Shown: piece after piece, positions 18,618 to 27,911 of the stretch
Position numbering within the stretch: the stretch's first letter is position 1
Layout: every line of letters starts with the position of its first letter
Notes under the pieces: model-generated
The model's input: the letters and a program-made list of their open reading frames with translations, nothing else
Told to the model about the DNA's origin: nothing
Database searches by the model: none
Program-made: the position numbers and the translations under genes
IMG/VR virus record: IMGVR_UViG_3300038366_000033
Coordinates: 1 to 64,000 of that record
Source of the DNA: a virus
Direction: 5' to 3' (one strand)
Length of the DNA: 64,000 nt

Positions 18618-18850
18618 AAAGGTATTTAAAGCGGGAACTTTGGGCTTGTGTGTGTGTCTCACCGAATGAGTGTTCAATTCCAGAAGTTTCCACATGAAAC
18701 CAAGGTAAACACAAAAAGGTATTTAAGGTGGGAAAGTTGCCGCCGTGTGTGTGTCTCACCGAATGAGTGTTCAGATTCAACCTGCATTTAAAAGGGCCCA
18801 TCTTACAGAATCTGTAAACGTTTCTGAACAGTTTTCCACATAACCTTTTT
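18618..18850 (+). ncRNA. second tandem pair of self-promoted small RNA candidates (same handle)
   Basis: Copies 97 bp apart: AAAGGTATTTAA..GGGAA..GTGTGTGTGTCTCACCGAATGAGTGTTCA; T-run at 18846. Confidence 0.55.
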
Positions 18851-18879
18851 GAATGACTTTTACATGACAACAGCTTACA

Positions 18880-19635
18880 ATGGCATTAGACAGAGATAAG
18901 TTGAAGAAAGCCGGCAAAGCTGCCGGTCTCGGTGTCGTCGGAGCCGGAGTTGGGGCACTAGGATCCCAGCAGGTAGACGACGCACCATCAAAGGAGAAAG
19001 TACAAAACCTACAAGATCAGAAAGCTGACCTAGAGGAAAAGGTCGCCAATCTGGAAGAGAGACCTACCCAGGAGGACCTAGACAATAGAGTCGCGGACCT
19101 CAAGGAAGATACGGTAGCTCAGAAGGAGTATCTAGAGCTCAAAAACAAGTACGAACAGGCATACACTCAGGAAGAGGTAGACGCGCTAGTCGCAGACGCC
19201 GAAGAGAGAGAAGGACTTGTTGGCTACCTACCAGTACTGGTAGACGAGGAAGTCGAGCTCAGGAACGGCGATGTCGAGGCCAAACATGACGTACAGGCAA
19301 CAGACGGCAACCTAGAACACCATGTGGTCGCAGATGACGCTGACTTTGACGAGTCAGATCTCGACAACGAGGAATACGACCAGATCAGAGCCGTTTACAG
19401 ACACGACGACGGTCATCAGTATGAAGTACTTGTCAGAGCCTTCGAGGACGGAGACGACGCAGACGAGTACGAGGGAGAGCTCAGACAGGCAGTAGAGTTC
19501 GCAGACTACGACGACCAGATAGATGCAGACGCAGACGTCATAAGATCGGGCGATACAGTACTGTACCTTAAGGGCGAGGCAGACGTAGACGACTACGACA
19601 CTTACAGGTACGACAAACTTGTAGGCCAGTATTAA
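18880..19635 (+). CDS. membrane-anchored coiled-coil acidic protein
   Basis: N-terminal basic and Gly-rich hydrophobic segment followed by heptads. Confidence 0.65.
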   Translation: MALDRDKLKKAGKAAGLGVVGAGVGALGSQQVDDAPSKEKVQNLQDQKADLEEKVANLEERPTQEDLDNRVADLKEDTVAQKEYLELKNKYEQAYTQEEVDALVADAEEREGLVGYLPVLVDEEVELRNGDVEAKHDVQATDGNLEHHVVADDADFDESDLDNEEYDQIRAVYRHDDGHQYEVLVRAFEDGDDADEYEGELRQAVEFADYDDQIDADADVIRSGDTVLYLKGEADVDDYDTYRYDKLVGQY

Positions 19636-19695
19636 TCTGGCCCCCTTTCTATTTATCAAAACTTACTTAAAGTTGCGAGAGCTCATTGAACCATA

Positions 19696-20524
19696 ATGCC
19701 AAAGTGGGAAGACGACAAGCAACAGCTTATTGACAACATACTCGACGAACTAAACCTCCTATCCTCTGAGACTGAAAAACTCATGCTCATTTACGAGGTC
19801 ATGATGTCACTCGACAAGGAGAAAATGCCAAAGATGATGAGGTCGGCACTTGACTGGCCGGACGATGATGTCATATGAAGTATTCTCTATGTGCGAATTG
19901 CGGCCTCAGGATCGATTACACCCAGATGCGGTGTGCGATGCACAAAAACAAAGACAGAAAAACCTCAGCAGTGAAGATAGATATACCATGAACTGCGACC
20001 ATGAAACATACACAGACAGGTGCAAATCATGCTTCATAAGATATCTGATGAACTTTGTGAGAGTTGGAGATGACTGAACTAAGATGTAAGGACTGCGGCG
20101 ACAGAACAGAACACCTCATCTACAAACAGAACCTGTACAAATACAAGGGCGAGAGAGTCAGATCCTGTAAGAAATGCGGCAAACTCCGGACGGAAAACAA
20201 CGAATATGTATCGGAGAGAGAAATGATACACCTGCCGTCACAGAAAAAAGTTAAAAACATCGAGGACTAGAATAGCATATGCCCTACGACGAAGAGGACG
20301 AATACGTAGTCGACTTCAACGACCTTGAATCCGTGTTCGAGGACCTCCGCAGGTACGACGAAGAGGATGATGAGACAAACTATGGCGCTGTCCAGGCTTC
20401 ACTGTACGTAGCACTGGAAGATCATATGTATACAGGCGGCGCTGATGCCCTGAACGTTGCCAGACACCTAGAACGCGGAGAGATAGACGAGGCACAGGAA
20501 CTGACTGAAGAGATGCTTGAATAA
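19696..20524 (+). other. cluster of four small hypothetical ORFs (19696-19878, ~19865-20077, ~20070-20270, 20279-20524), two of them Cys-rich
   Basis: Coupled small ORFs with CxxC motifs. Confidence 0.55.
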
Positions 20525-20695
20525 TCAGTGCCCGTGTTCCTCAACCATCTCCTCTATTAAATCCGACATTTCTTCGTAGAGTTCTTCGCCTATCGGGTTG
20601 TCGCTAGAAACCCGTACCGAAACCCTGTTCCCGGCTACGTCTGTTGAGTGTGTCTGAACCTTGCCATTGTAGTCGTCAAACTTGCCCTCGCTCAT
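20525..20695 (-). CDS. hypothetical protein
   Basis: Acidic C-terminal part of the track ORF. Confidence 0.5.
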   Translation of the reverse strand: MSEGKFDDYNGKVQTHSTDVAGNRVSVRVSSDNPIGEELYEEMSDLIEEMVEEHGH

Positions 20696-20881
20696 GTCTC
20701 GGAAATAGACCTGAAACTTTTTATCTCTCACGCCAAGCTTTATTTGGCAGCGTAACAAAGCACATATCATAAAGATGACAGAGTTCTGGCGTATCAAGGA
20801 ATCAGCACCGCCCTACGAATACCCACTTGAATGGGTCAACGAAAGAAAAAAGACCAGCGCTGTGCTGGAAAAGTGGCGAGA

Positions 20882-21265
20882 ATGAGTACACGATCAAAGG
20901 GAAATGCCAGAGAACGGCAATGTGTACAGACTCTCGAAGAGGCAGGCTGGCATGTCCACAAAAAAGTCAACAACACCTACGACTCGGGCGACATGTTCGA
21001 GCTCTTTGACTGCGTCTCTCTCCGCAAAGGGTATGCTCCAATATTCATCCAAGTCAAATCGAACCGTACTGACGGAGCTTTGAAAGCTATCTCAGAGGCC
21101 GAGTTTGTAGACCCGGCACAGATCACACCAGAGGTATGGGTCTTCCATGACAGAGAAGGCTGGCGCGTCAAACGACTTACGGAAGATGGCTGGGAAACGA
21201 TAGTGGACGAAAGAGACAATGGCATGAACACGACCGAAGAAACTATAAAGCTTTATTCTGAATAG
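20882..21265 (+). CDS. hjc: archaeal-type Holliday junction resolvase (Hjc-like)
   Basis: KGNARER..LEEAGW..FD..IFIQVKS. Confidence 0.8.
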   Translation: MSTRSKGNARERQCVQTLEEAGWHVHKKVNNTYDSGDMFELFDCVSLRKGYAPIFIQVKSNRTDGALKAISEAEFVDPAQITPEVWVFHDREGWRVKRLTEDGWETIVDERDNGMNTTEETIKLYSE

Positions 21266-21272
21266 GTATCAT

Positions 21273-21680
21273 ATGACAACCGACAGATTTTCTGTGGACA
21301 AGACGTTTACCCACTGTGGATATACGTGTGTCATAGCTACGATCAAGGACGACTACCACTGTGGATATATCGCGATCCCTGACGAACACAATATGGCCGG
21401 AAAAGATTATACGGAGATCGACGTGACCGTACACGGCGGACTCACCTTCGGACCGCAAAACGACCTTCACGGCATGGGCGAGGACGATGATACAGTCTGG
21501 TACGGCTTCGACTGTGCACACGCCGGAGATCATACGAGATCGATGCCTGGCGGCACAAACTGGCAGTCAGAAGACGTCAGGGAAGAGCTTCTCAATCTGG
21601 CCGAACAGTTCAGGGACCTAGACACCTCGGAGACAAAAAGTATTTATAGCCTGATGCAGGGATTCTTACCATGGAACTAG
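21273..21680 (+). CDS. conserved phage protein (CGY..VHGGLTF..GFDCAH)
   Basis: Recognisable motif set. Confidence 0.7.
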   Translation: MTTDRFSVDKTFTHCGYTCVIATIKDDYHCGYIAIPDEHNMAGKDYTEIDVTVHGGLTFGPQNDLHGMGEDDDTVWYGFDCAHAGDHTRSMPGGTNWQSEDVREELLNLAEQFRDLDTSETKSIYSLMQGFLPWN

Positions 21681-21891
21681 ATAGATACGAGACCCACCGG
21701 TACATCAGAACACGCATACAGAAATGCTCTGACGAAGACCACGTCCAGCAAGTCGCTTACTCTGCCTACGAGGACGGTCTGACACAGACCTGTTTCACGT
21801 GTGACAAGGTCAGGACAACAATAGGTATGGAAGTATGAGCTATTTGTAACACAGAAAATATTTTAAAGGCAACTAAAGTCTTTGTCTTGTT

Positions 21892-22242
21892 ATGAACTCC
21901 TCTTTCATGAAAACATTTCTCAACGTCAGAGTAGCTGACACGCCCGAGGAGAGAAAGACGGGACTTCAGGGCAGAGAGAAACTACCCGACTACGAGGCAC
22001 TTTTACTTGACTTTGATCAACCCGGCAACCACAAGATATGGATGAAAGATACACATGTCCCTCTCGACATAGTTTTCATGGACGAAGATGCCAACGTCAC
22101 AGACATCAAACACGGCGAACCACTGGACACCACCAAACTGTCCGCAGATGATAACGTCTCTTACGTCCTAGAGCTCAAACGCGGGAAGGCAGAGGACTTC
22201 GGTATTGAACCCGGAAACTCTATGGAGGATATAGTACTATGA
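21892..22242 (+). CDS. DUF192 family protein
   Basis: VADTPEER..GL..WMKDT..PLDIVF..YVLEL..G. Confidence 0.85.
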   Translation: MNSSFMKTFLNVRVADTPEERKTGLQGREKLPDYEALLLDFDQPGNHKIWMKDTHVPLDIVFMDEDANVTDIKHGEPLDTTKLSADDNVSYVLELKRGKAEDFGIEPGNSMEDIVL

Positions 22243-22399
22243 CATGTGATTCATGTGTAATCGTCGCCGCCTTACTTGTTGCAATGATCACGTCCTACTT
22301 TCTTGCTATATACAATTATGTTGGACACGAAGACTGTCACCACATTTCCAGTGAAGATGAACAAAAGAGTTTAAAAGCATAGACACGTAATTATGTGAT

Positions 22400-22535
22400 A
22401 GTGGTCGGTCATGGGTTGTCGACCAAAGGTTGTTGCGATTGCATCGGTTGATTTCGGTACGCGCACCTTTGCGGTACCGGATAAAGGGTGCATGTGACCC
22501 CTATCGTGGAAGATAAGCGTAGGGGGGCACCCACA
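22400..22535 (+). ncRNA. structured intergenic RNA candidate
   Basis: TATA at 22370; stems TGGTCG/CGACCA, CGGTAC/GTACCG, GGGTGC/GCACCC, CCCCTAT/GTAGGGG. Confidence 0.5.
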
Positions 22536-22578
22536 TATTATCCAAAGCTTTTTGAACCTGACTACATAATATACGTAT

Positions 22579-22932
22579 ATGGATAACAGACTTGACCTCC
22601 TCTCCGAAACTGTACGGGATTCCGAATACAAAGACTTGTTTCCTGCAACTTCTCCCGAAGACGCCAGATCTGACCGTGAAAAAGTCAAGGAAGCGATATT
22701 TCAGGTACACCACATGATTTACGACGAGAACCTGAGACAACTCGCAGTCTCAAGCGATGCAGGACTGATACCTTTTGAGGACGTTCTTAACTCGTGTAAA
22801 GACATGGACGACCGTGAAAGAGCCCGGACACTGCTGGCTTCAGACATCACAGAGTTAGAGGACGGCACAGAGGTTGTCATGAGATCGGACCTACTAAACG
22901 TACTGAAATCTCAGAAGGAGGCGGTCCGGTAA
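22579..22932 (+). CDS. hypothetical protein
   Basis: Acidic ORF. Confidence 0.65.
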   Translation: MDNRLDLLSETVRDSEYKDLFPATSPEDARSDREKVKEAIFQVHHMIYDENLRQLAVSSDAGLIPFEDVLNSCKDMDDRERARTLLASDITELEDGTEVVMRSDLLNVLKSQKEAVR

Positions 22933-23135
22933 TGGCACTCTGTGACAGAGACCACTGCAGCGAAGGAGCCACTACACGCATACAGAGATCCGACAGAGAC
23001 AATCTGTACTTATGTGACGAACACAAGTCAAAGCTCGCCGACAAGATAAGAGACAAAGTCGTGGAAAAGTTCGATGACCTCTCGGAGGAAGAAATCAAAG
23101 ACCGGATGCTTGACGGGGGCGCAGACCTGCTGTGA
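22932..23135 (+). CDS. small Cys/His Zn-binding protein
   Basis: CDRDHC..LCDEH. Confidence 0.6.
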   Translation: MALCDRDHCSEGATTRIQRSDRDNLYLCDEHKSKLADKIRDKVVEKFDDLSEEEIKDRMLDGGADLL

Positions 23136-23665
23136 CTGACATCCGCGACAAGCACGACGAGATAGCCGAGGAGACAGATGTCGACCTAAAAGATTTCAAA
23201 TACTACGCGGTCGGATTTCACGTCGCGGACTCACTGATAGGCAAAGACCCCGGACAGCCGGAGTTCGTCGTGACGGAAGAAGACCACGAGTCGATGGTCG
23301 ACCGCGGCTTCAACCATCTCGAAGAACGGTACTATGACCTAGACGGAAGATACGTCTTCACTCTCGCGGAGGGCGACAACTCTCTGGAAGCTCACCTCAG
23401 ACGAAAGAGAACTTTCACTGTCGAGGCCATCGCCATGAAACCGGGAGAGCAGAGTTACCACTTTCCGCTTATGAACACGTTTGACGACGACAGAGAGAGA
23501 CCGGAGAAACCGGTGGATCCGATAGCTGATCTCAAGAACGGGGTCATTCGCCACACGACAAAGGAGGCGGTCGAGAACGCCGGTGACTTCCAAGAAGAGC
23601 TAGAGGACATCAAGCACAGATATCCGGACTTCGAGCTCGCAGAAGAGACAAGAAAACTGATGTGA
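23132..23665 (+). CDS. degenerate class II CCA/poly(A) nucleotidyltransferase head-domain protein
   Basis: YAVGFHVADSLIG, LRRKRTFTVEAIA and DPIADLKNGVIRH match family motifs; catalytic DxD and RRD are altered. Confidence 0.6.
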   Translation: MTDIRDKHDEIAEETDVDLKDFKYYAVGFHVADSLIGKDPGQPEFVVTEEDHESMVDRGFNHLEERYYDLDGRYVFTLAEGDNSLEAHLRRKRTFTVEAIAMKPGEQSYHFPLMNTFDDDRERPEKPVDPIADLKNGVIRHTTKEAVENAGDFQEELEDIKHRYPDFELAEETRKLM

Positions 23666-23666
23666 G

Positions 23667-24152
23667 ATGGGCTTTGATCTTGACTCTCTCAAAGTCGCCG
23701 AGATATCGGGAGAGGGCGCCCGGAAGAAGGTAGATCACATCATAGAACGGAACCACTACCTGCAGTCAGTACCCTTCGTGCCTACAAAACACAGATACCT
23801 GATCACCTTCGGTCTCAAAGGCGTGGTCGGTGCCGCAGCGTGGGGCAAGCCGGTCGCACGTATGGAGGACCAAGAAGATACTGTAGAACTCCTGAGGTTC
23901 TGGACCGCCGACTCCACGCCGAAGAATACTGAGTCCAAGGCCCTAGGGTACATGATGCGAGACATGAAGGACAAGGGCTATGAGAGACTGATCGCCTACG
24001 CCTCCGAGGGAGAAAACCACGAAGGGACAATCTACAGGGCGACGAACTGGGAGATAGAGAAGAGAACAAACAGGTCGGGCACGTGGGAAAACAGATCCGG
24101 CAGAAACGACCGCGACAAGGCAGATAAGATCAAGTTCTGTAAGCAACTGTAA
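23667..24152 (+). CDS. Mom-like (GNAT-fold) DNA adenine modification protein
   Basis: NHYL..ELLRFW..PKNTESK..IAYAS..HEGTIYRATNW. Confidence 0.8.
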   Translation: MGFDLDSLKVAEISGEGARKKVDHIIERNHYLQSVPFVPTKHRYLITFGLKGVVGAAAWGKPVARMEDQEDTVELLRFWTADSTPKNTESKALGYMMRDMKDKGYERLIAYASEGENHEGTIYRATNWEIEKRTNRSGTWENRSGRNDRDKADKIKFCKQL

Positions 24153-24175
24153 CTCTTATCACGTTTAATATACAA

Positions 24176-25012
24176 TTAAGTTTGTTTGAGCCTATTAAGT
24201 GACTGATTGATGTACTCTTGCTGCGTTTCCATTCCGATATATTCTCTATCTCTTCTCTTAGCCGCCACTAAACAACTTCCGCTTCCAGCAAAGATGTCTA
24301 CTACTTTGTCTCCTTTGTACGAGTAGAATTTGATTACTCTTTCAGCCAACTCTACTGGGAAAGGGCAAGGATGGTCTGTTTCTTGAGGTGCTGTAGGTCT
24401 AATCTTCCAGGCATTTTTGCTTTGCTCTCCCTGATAGTCAGAAAGATCTATTTCATTCTCTTCCTTTTGCTCTTGACTTTTGTCGTGGTAGATATTCTGT
24501 TTTGAGTCGCTTTCTGCTGGTTTCTGGAAGACGAAAATATATTCTGTCACTAGACTTGGATAATAATAACCAGGGTATGGATGCTGCATCAACACTCCGG
24601 ATCTTCTATCCTTAGCAACTGGTTTTTCCCAGACTATATCCTCTTGGAACTCCCAGCCAATCTCTTCCATCCAGCTGACGAAATGAAAGGGTAATGCAAC
24701 TCTATCTCCGTTCCAGGAGACAGGAGCGATGTTAACGACATTATATCCACCGGGCTCTGTTATTCTGAATAGCTCTTCAAACCTCTCAGTCAGAAAGTCT
24801 CTGTACTCATCATAATTTATATCCTCCCTCTCCCATTTTTCGTCATTGTCTAAATTTTGCGTGTGTTCATCATAATTCACAGCATTGAGGTATGGTGGAG
24901 ATGTGAAGCACAAAGTAATCTCACTCTTGTCTATATCCCTCATCACATTAAGACAGTCACCTTTGATAATAGTCCCTTTGGATCCAAATGTTTCATAGTC
25001 GGAAAATTCCAT
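24176..25012 (-). CDS. DNA N4-cytosine/N6-adenine methyltransferase (beta class)
   Basis: TSPPY before HPCPFP and VVDIFAGSGS. Confidence 0.9.
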   Translation of the reverse strand: MEFSDYETFGSKGTIIKGDCLNVMRDIDKSEITLCFTSPPYLNAVNYDEHTQNLDNDEKWEREDINYDEYRDFLTERFEELFRITEPGGYNVVNIAPVSWNGDRVALPFHFVSWMEEIGWEFQEDIVWEKPVAKDRRSGVLMQHPYPGYYYPSLVTEYIFVFQKPAESDSKQNIYHDKSQEQKEENEIDLSDYQGEQSKNAWKIRPTAPQETDHPCPFPVELAERVIKFYSYKGDKVVDIFAGSGSCLVAAKRRDREYIGMETQQEYINQSLNRLKQT

Positions 25013-25096
25013 ATTTGTTATTAGTACTGGATTTTGATATATCCTTCCGTCGACAAAAGTACTATAAGTGAGTATAACTTTGTGTAGTAAGGGACG

Positions 25097-25360
25097 ATGG
25101 CAGAGTACGAGGAAACCACAGATAAGATATACGAAAAAGCATACGAGCGAGTTGACGGAGACTCATTTGTTTACGCTACAGATACTTACGACGACGGACT
25201 AGAGTATACACAGACAGACTTTGACGACTTTGAGGACGACAGGTATGAGGTAAGACACACGGATCCACTTGCACCGACCGAGAGAGACGACACGGTTCTC
25301 TACACTTCTATGAACTGGGACGAGGCCGAGAGGTTTCTCGACGCACTTGTCGAAGAATGA
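25097..25360 (+). CDS. hypothetical acidic protein
   Basis: ORF after a TATA box. Confidence 0.65.
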   Translation: MAEYEETTDKIYEKAYERVDGDSFVYATDTYDDGLEYTQTDFDDFEDDRYEVRHTDPLAPTERDDTVLYTSMNWDEAERFLDALVEE

Positions 25361-25638
25361 TCCTGTCCCAGATGATGATCGACTTCCTACTGGCACTGGG
25401 AGGTCTGATAGGTCTGGCCACGAAGCTTTACGCACTTCTTGACGAACAGACGATATGGTCAAGACGAAGCTCTGGCTTCAACACTCTCTCATACCCGTTC
25501 ACAGCACTGTTGCCGTTCGCGGCCCTTGGTCTGCCTTTCACATTCCTGACGTCATTCTGTAACTTTCTTGTCTGGGTCGGCATCTTTATCTACCGGGCAC
25601 CGGAGGACGAAGACTGGCTAGGTCGTGAAAAGACTTAA
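25357..25638 (+). CDS. small three-TM membrane protein
   Basis: Three hydrophobic segments. Confidence 0.65.
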   Translation: MILSQMMIDFLLALGGLIGLATKLYALLDEQTIWSRRSSGFNTLSYPFTALLPFAALGLPFTFLTSFCNFLVWVGIFIYRAPEDEDWLGREKT

Positions 25639-26071
25639 AAAGGTCGCTCACTCTTTCTCCTCTATGAAGCAGGTAGATGACAACCTTCACGTCGGTACAG
25701 TAAGCGAAGCCGCCAAAGTCGAATACAACATATTGAACCTTAGCGAACAGTGTATAGAAACACACGAAGACGCCGCTTATGTACACTTTCCTATATCAGA
25801 AGACGGCAGCGACGAATCCGAGATCATAAAACAGGTAATTAGGGCAGGAAGAGCTCTTCGCAAGAGAGGAGAAACGGCAGTAGTAAGTGATACTCTTTCC
25901 CAGAAGGCAGCGGTCATAGCCGCCGCAGTCATGTCTCTTGACAACTACGATTTACTCGGATCGAACCTAGAGAAGATAAGCTATGTCAAGTCAGGCGTCG
26001 ACACGGAGAACAACCTGACAAGGGAGGTCCGACAATGTCTCCTGAGTATGGGCGAGACCCAAGATTTTTAA
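25625..26071 (+). CDS. dual-specificity phosphatase-fold protein lacking the catalytic Cys
   Basis: DDNLHVG..ILNL..YVHFPISED; HCxxGxxR replaced by SDTLSQKA. Confidence 0.5.
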   Translation: MKRLKKVAHSFSSMKQVDDNLHVGTVSEAAKVEYNILNLSEQCIETHEDAAYVHFPISEDGSDESEIIKQVIRAGRALRKRGETAVVSDTLSQKAAVIAAAVMSLDNYDLLGSNLEKISYVKSGVDTENNLTREVRQCLLSMGETQDF

Positions 26072-26097
26072 AAGCTGAGATCTCTGATACTAATATT

Positions 26098-26466
26098 ATG
26101 ACTGTAAGTAGTTGTGTGCAATGTGACGATTCAGTGATGAAGTCAACAGACGAAGTACCGTTTCTTTGCAGTTCGTGTAGAGACGATCTTACCGAAGAGA
26201 TCAATAGGATTGACCGCAACTCGGACAGATACACAAAGAGAGGCAAACTCAGAAATCGTCTCAGCGATATACCGGACGAGGCAATTCCGAAAGATATGGC
26301 GTTGATGATTGAAGAGGTTGCAGACCCTGAGGTCGAGGACCGCCAGTATAAATTAGGCAACATGGAGGAGATAAAGAAGCTCGACGACAACGAGATACAC
26401 TCTCTCAATAACGACCTGTCTGAAAAAGATCGAGGCAAGATAGTTCTCAAGAAGCGATACAGGTAA
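26098..26466 (+). CDS. Zn-finger-containing hypothetical protein
   Basis: CVQC..CSSC. Confidence 0.6.
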   Translation: MTVSSCVQCDDSVMKSTDEVPFLCSSCRDDLTEEINRIDRNSDRYTKRGKLRNRLSDIPDEAIPKDMALMIEEVADPEVEDRQYKLGNMEEIKKLDDNEIHSLNNDLSEKDRGKIVLKKRYR

Positions 26467-26837
26467 TGGTAAAGCGAAGCTTCAAGACGCCGACCAAAGA
26501 CGACCTGTTGATGGATATGGTAAAGACCAATCGCAGGACGCCTGGCGAGACAATGACCTCTTTAGAATATACGGAACACGGCGAATACGACCGGCACCAC
26601 GCCACAAGACGATACGGTAGCTGGGAAGAAGCCAAGGCCGCTGCTGGTATCTACAAGTACGGGGACCAGTATCAGATTTCGGAACAGGAACTCTTGGCCG
26701 ACATCAAAAGGGTCGATTCGGAGGTGGACGGCAAGGTAACCGTTGACGATTACAGAGAACACGGAGAGCATCATCTTCAGACATATTACCACAGATTCGA
26801 CGGTTTCGCCGAAGCAAGAGACAGGGCGCTAGACTAG
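26466..26837 (+). CDS. homing-endonuclease-associated repeat protein (two repeats, no nuclease domain)
   Basis: Y.EHG.Y..RYGSW..A repeated twice. Confidence 0.75.
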   Translation: MVKRSFKTPTKDDLLMDMVKTNRRTPGETMTSLEYTEHGEYDRHHATRRYGSWEEAKAAAGIYKYGDQYQISEQELLADIKRVDSEVDGKVTVDDYREHGEHHLQTYYHRFDGFAEARDRALD

Positions 26838-26912
26838 AACACAAACCGTTTTCAATGCAGTTTATTTTAGTGTAGTCTTACACACTACACATGTAACCAA
26901 GGTGATTTTTTC

Positions 26913-27911
26913 ATGACAGAGACAAAACAAACAACACCAAATATATTCCAGGCAAGAACGAGCCTAAAACCGTACGAATACTCGGACTTCCTTGACTACA
27001 AGGATGCAATCAGAAACTCATACTGGGTACACAACGAGTTCAACTTCTCGGGAGACGTACAGGACTTCAAGGTTGATACCACAGACGTAGAGAAAAGTGT
27101 AATCAGAAAAACGATGCTCGCAATATCACAGATAGAGGTATCAGTCAAGACCTTCTGGTCTGACATTTACGAGGAGATGCCTAAGGCAGAGATTTCATCT
27201 GTCGGACAAACTTTCGCAGAGTCAGAGGTAAGGCATATGGACGCATATTCACACCTTCTCGACATCCTCGGAATAACAGAGGACTTTGAAGAGGTAACAG
27301 AAGTACCTGCCATCAAGAACAGAATAGACTATCTGAACGAGATGAAGGAGGGCGCAGACTCGGACGACCGTAAAGAGTACGTCAAGTCCATCATGCTTTT
27401 CTCGACCTTCGTAGAACATGTATCGCTATTCTCACAGTTCTTGATCATGACGAGCTTTGACAAATATGAAAAGAAGTTCAAGGGAATCTCCAATGCCGTC
27501 GAGGCCACAAGTAAAGAAGAACAGATTCACGGTCTCTTCGGTGTCGAACTTGTTAATCAGATCCGGGAAGAAAACCCTGAGATGTTTGACAAAGAGTTCG
27601 AGCAAGAGATTCAGGATCACTGCATGAAAGCGTACGAGGCAGAACAAGACATCCTTGACTGGATATTTGAAGAAGGAGAGTTAGACTTCTTGCCACGTAA
27701 ACACATCGACGAGTTCCTGAAGGACAGATTCAACCAGAGCATGGAGAATGTGGAGGTAGAACCGATTTTCGAGACAGACGACGACCTACTAGAAGAGACA
27801 AGATGGTTTGACGAGGACATTATGATGACAAAAGACAACGACTTTTTCAGTAAGAGATCGACCACGTACAACAAGAACACAAAATCCGTCACGGCTGGTG
27901 ACATGTTCTAA
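26913..27911 (+). CDS. nrdB: class I ribonucleotide reductase beta subunit
   Basis: ESEVRHMDAY, EHVSLFSQF and KEEQIH diiron motifs; C-terminal DFF..Y. Confidence 0.95.
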   Translation: MTETKQTTPNIFQARTSLKPYEYSDFLDYKDAIRNSYWVHNEFNFSGDVQDFKVDTTDVEKSVIRKTMLAISQIEVSVKTFWSDIYEEMPKAEISSVGQTFAESEVRHMDAYSHLLDILGITEDFEEVTEVPAIKNRIDYLNEMKEGADSDDRKEYVKSIMLFSTFVEHVSLFSQFLIMTSFDKYEKKFKGISNAVEATSKEEQIHGLFGVELVNQIREENPEMFDKEFEQEIQDHCMKAYEAEQDILDWIFEEGELDFLPRKHIDEFLKDRFNQSMENVEVEPIFETDDDLLEETRWFDEDIMMTKDNDFFSKRSTTYNKNTKSVTAGDMF

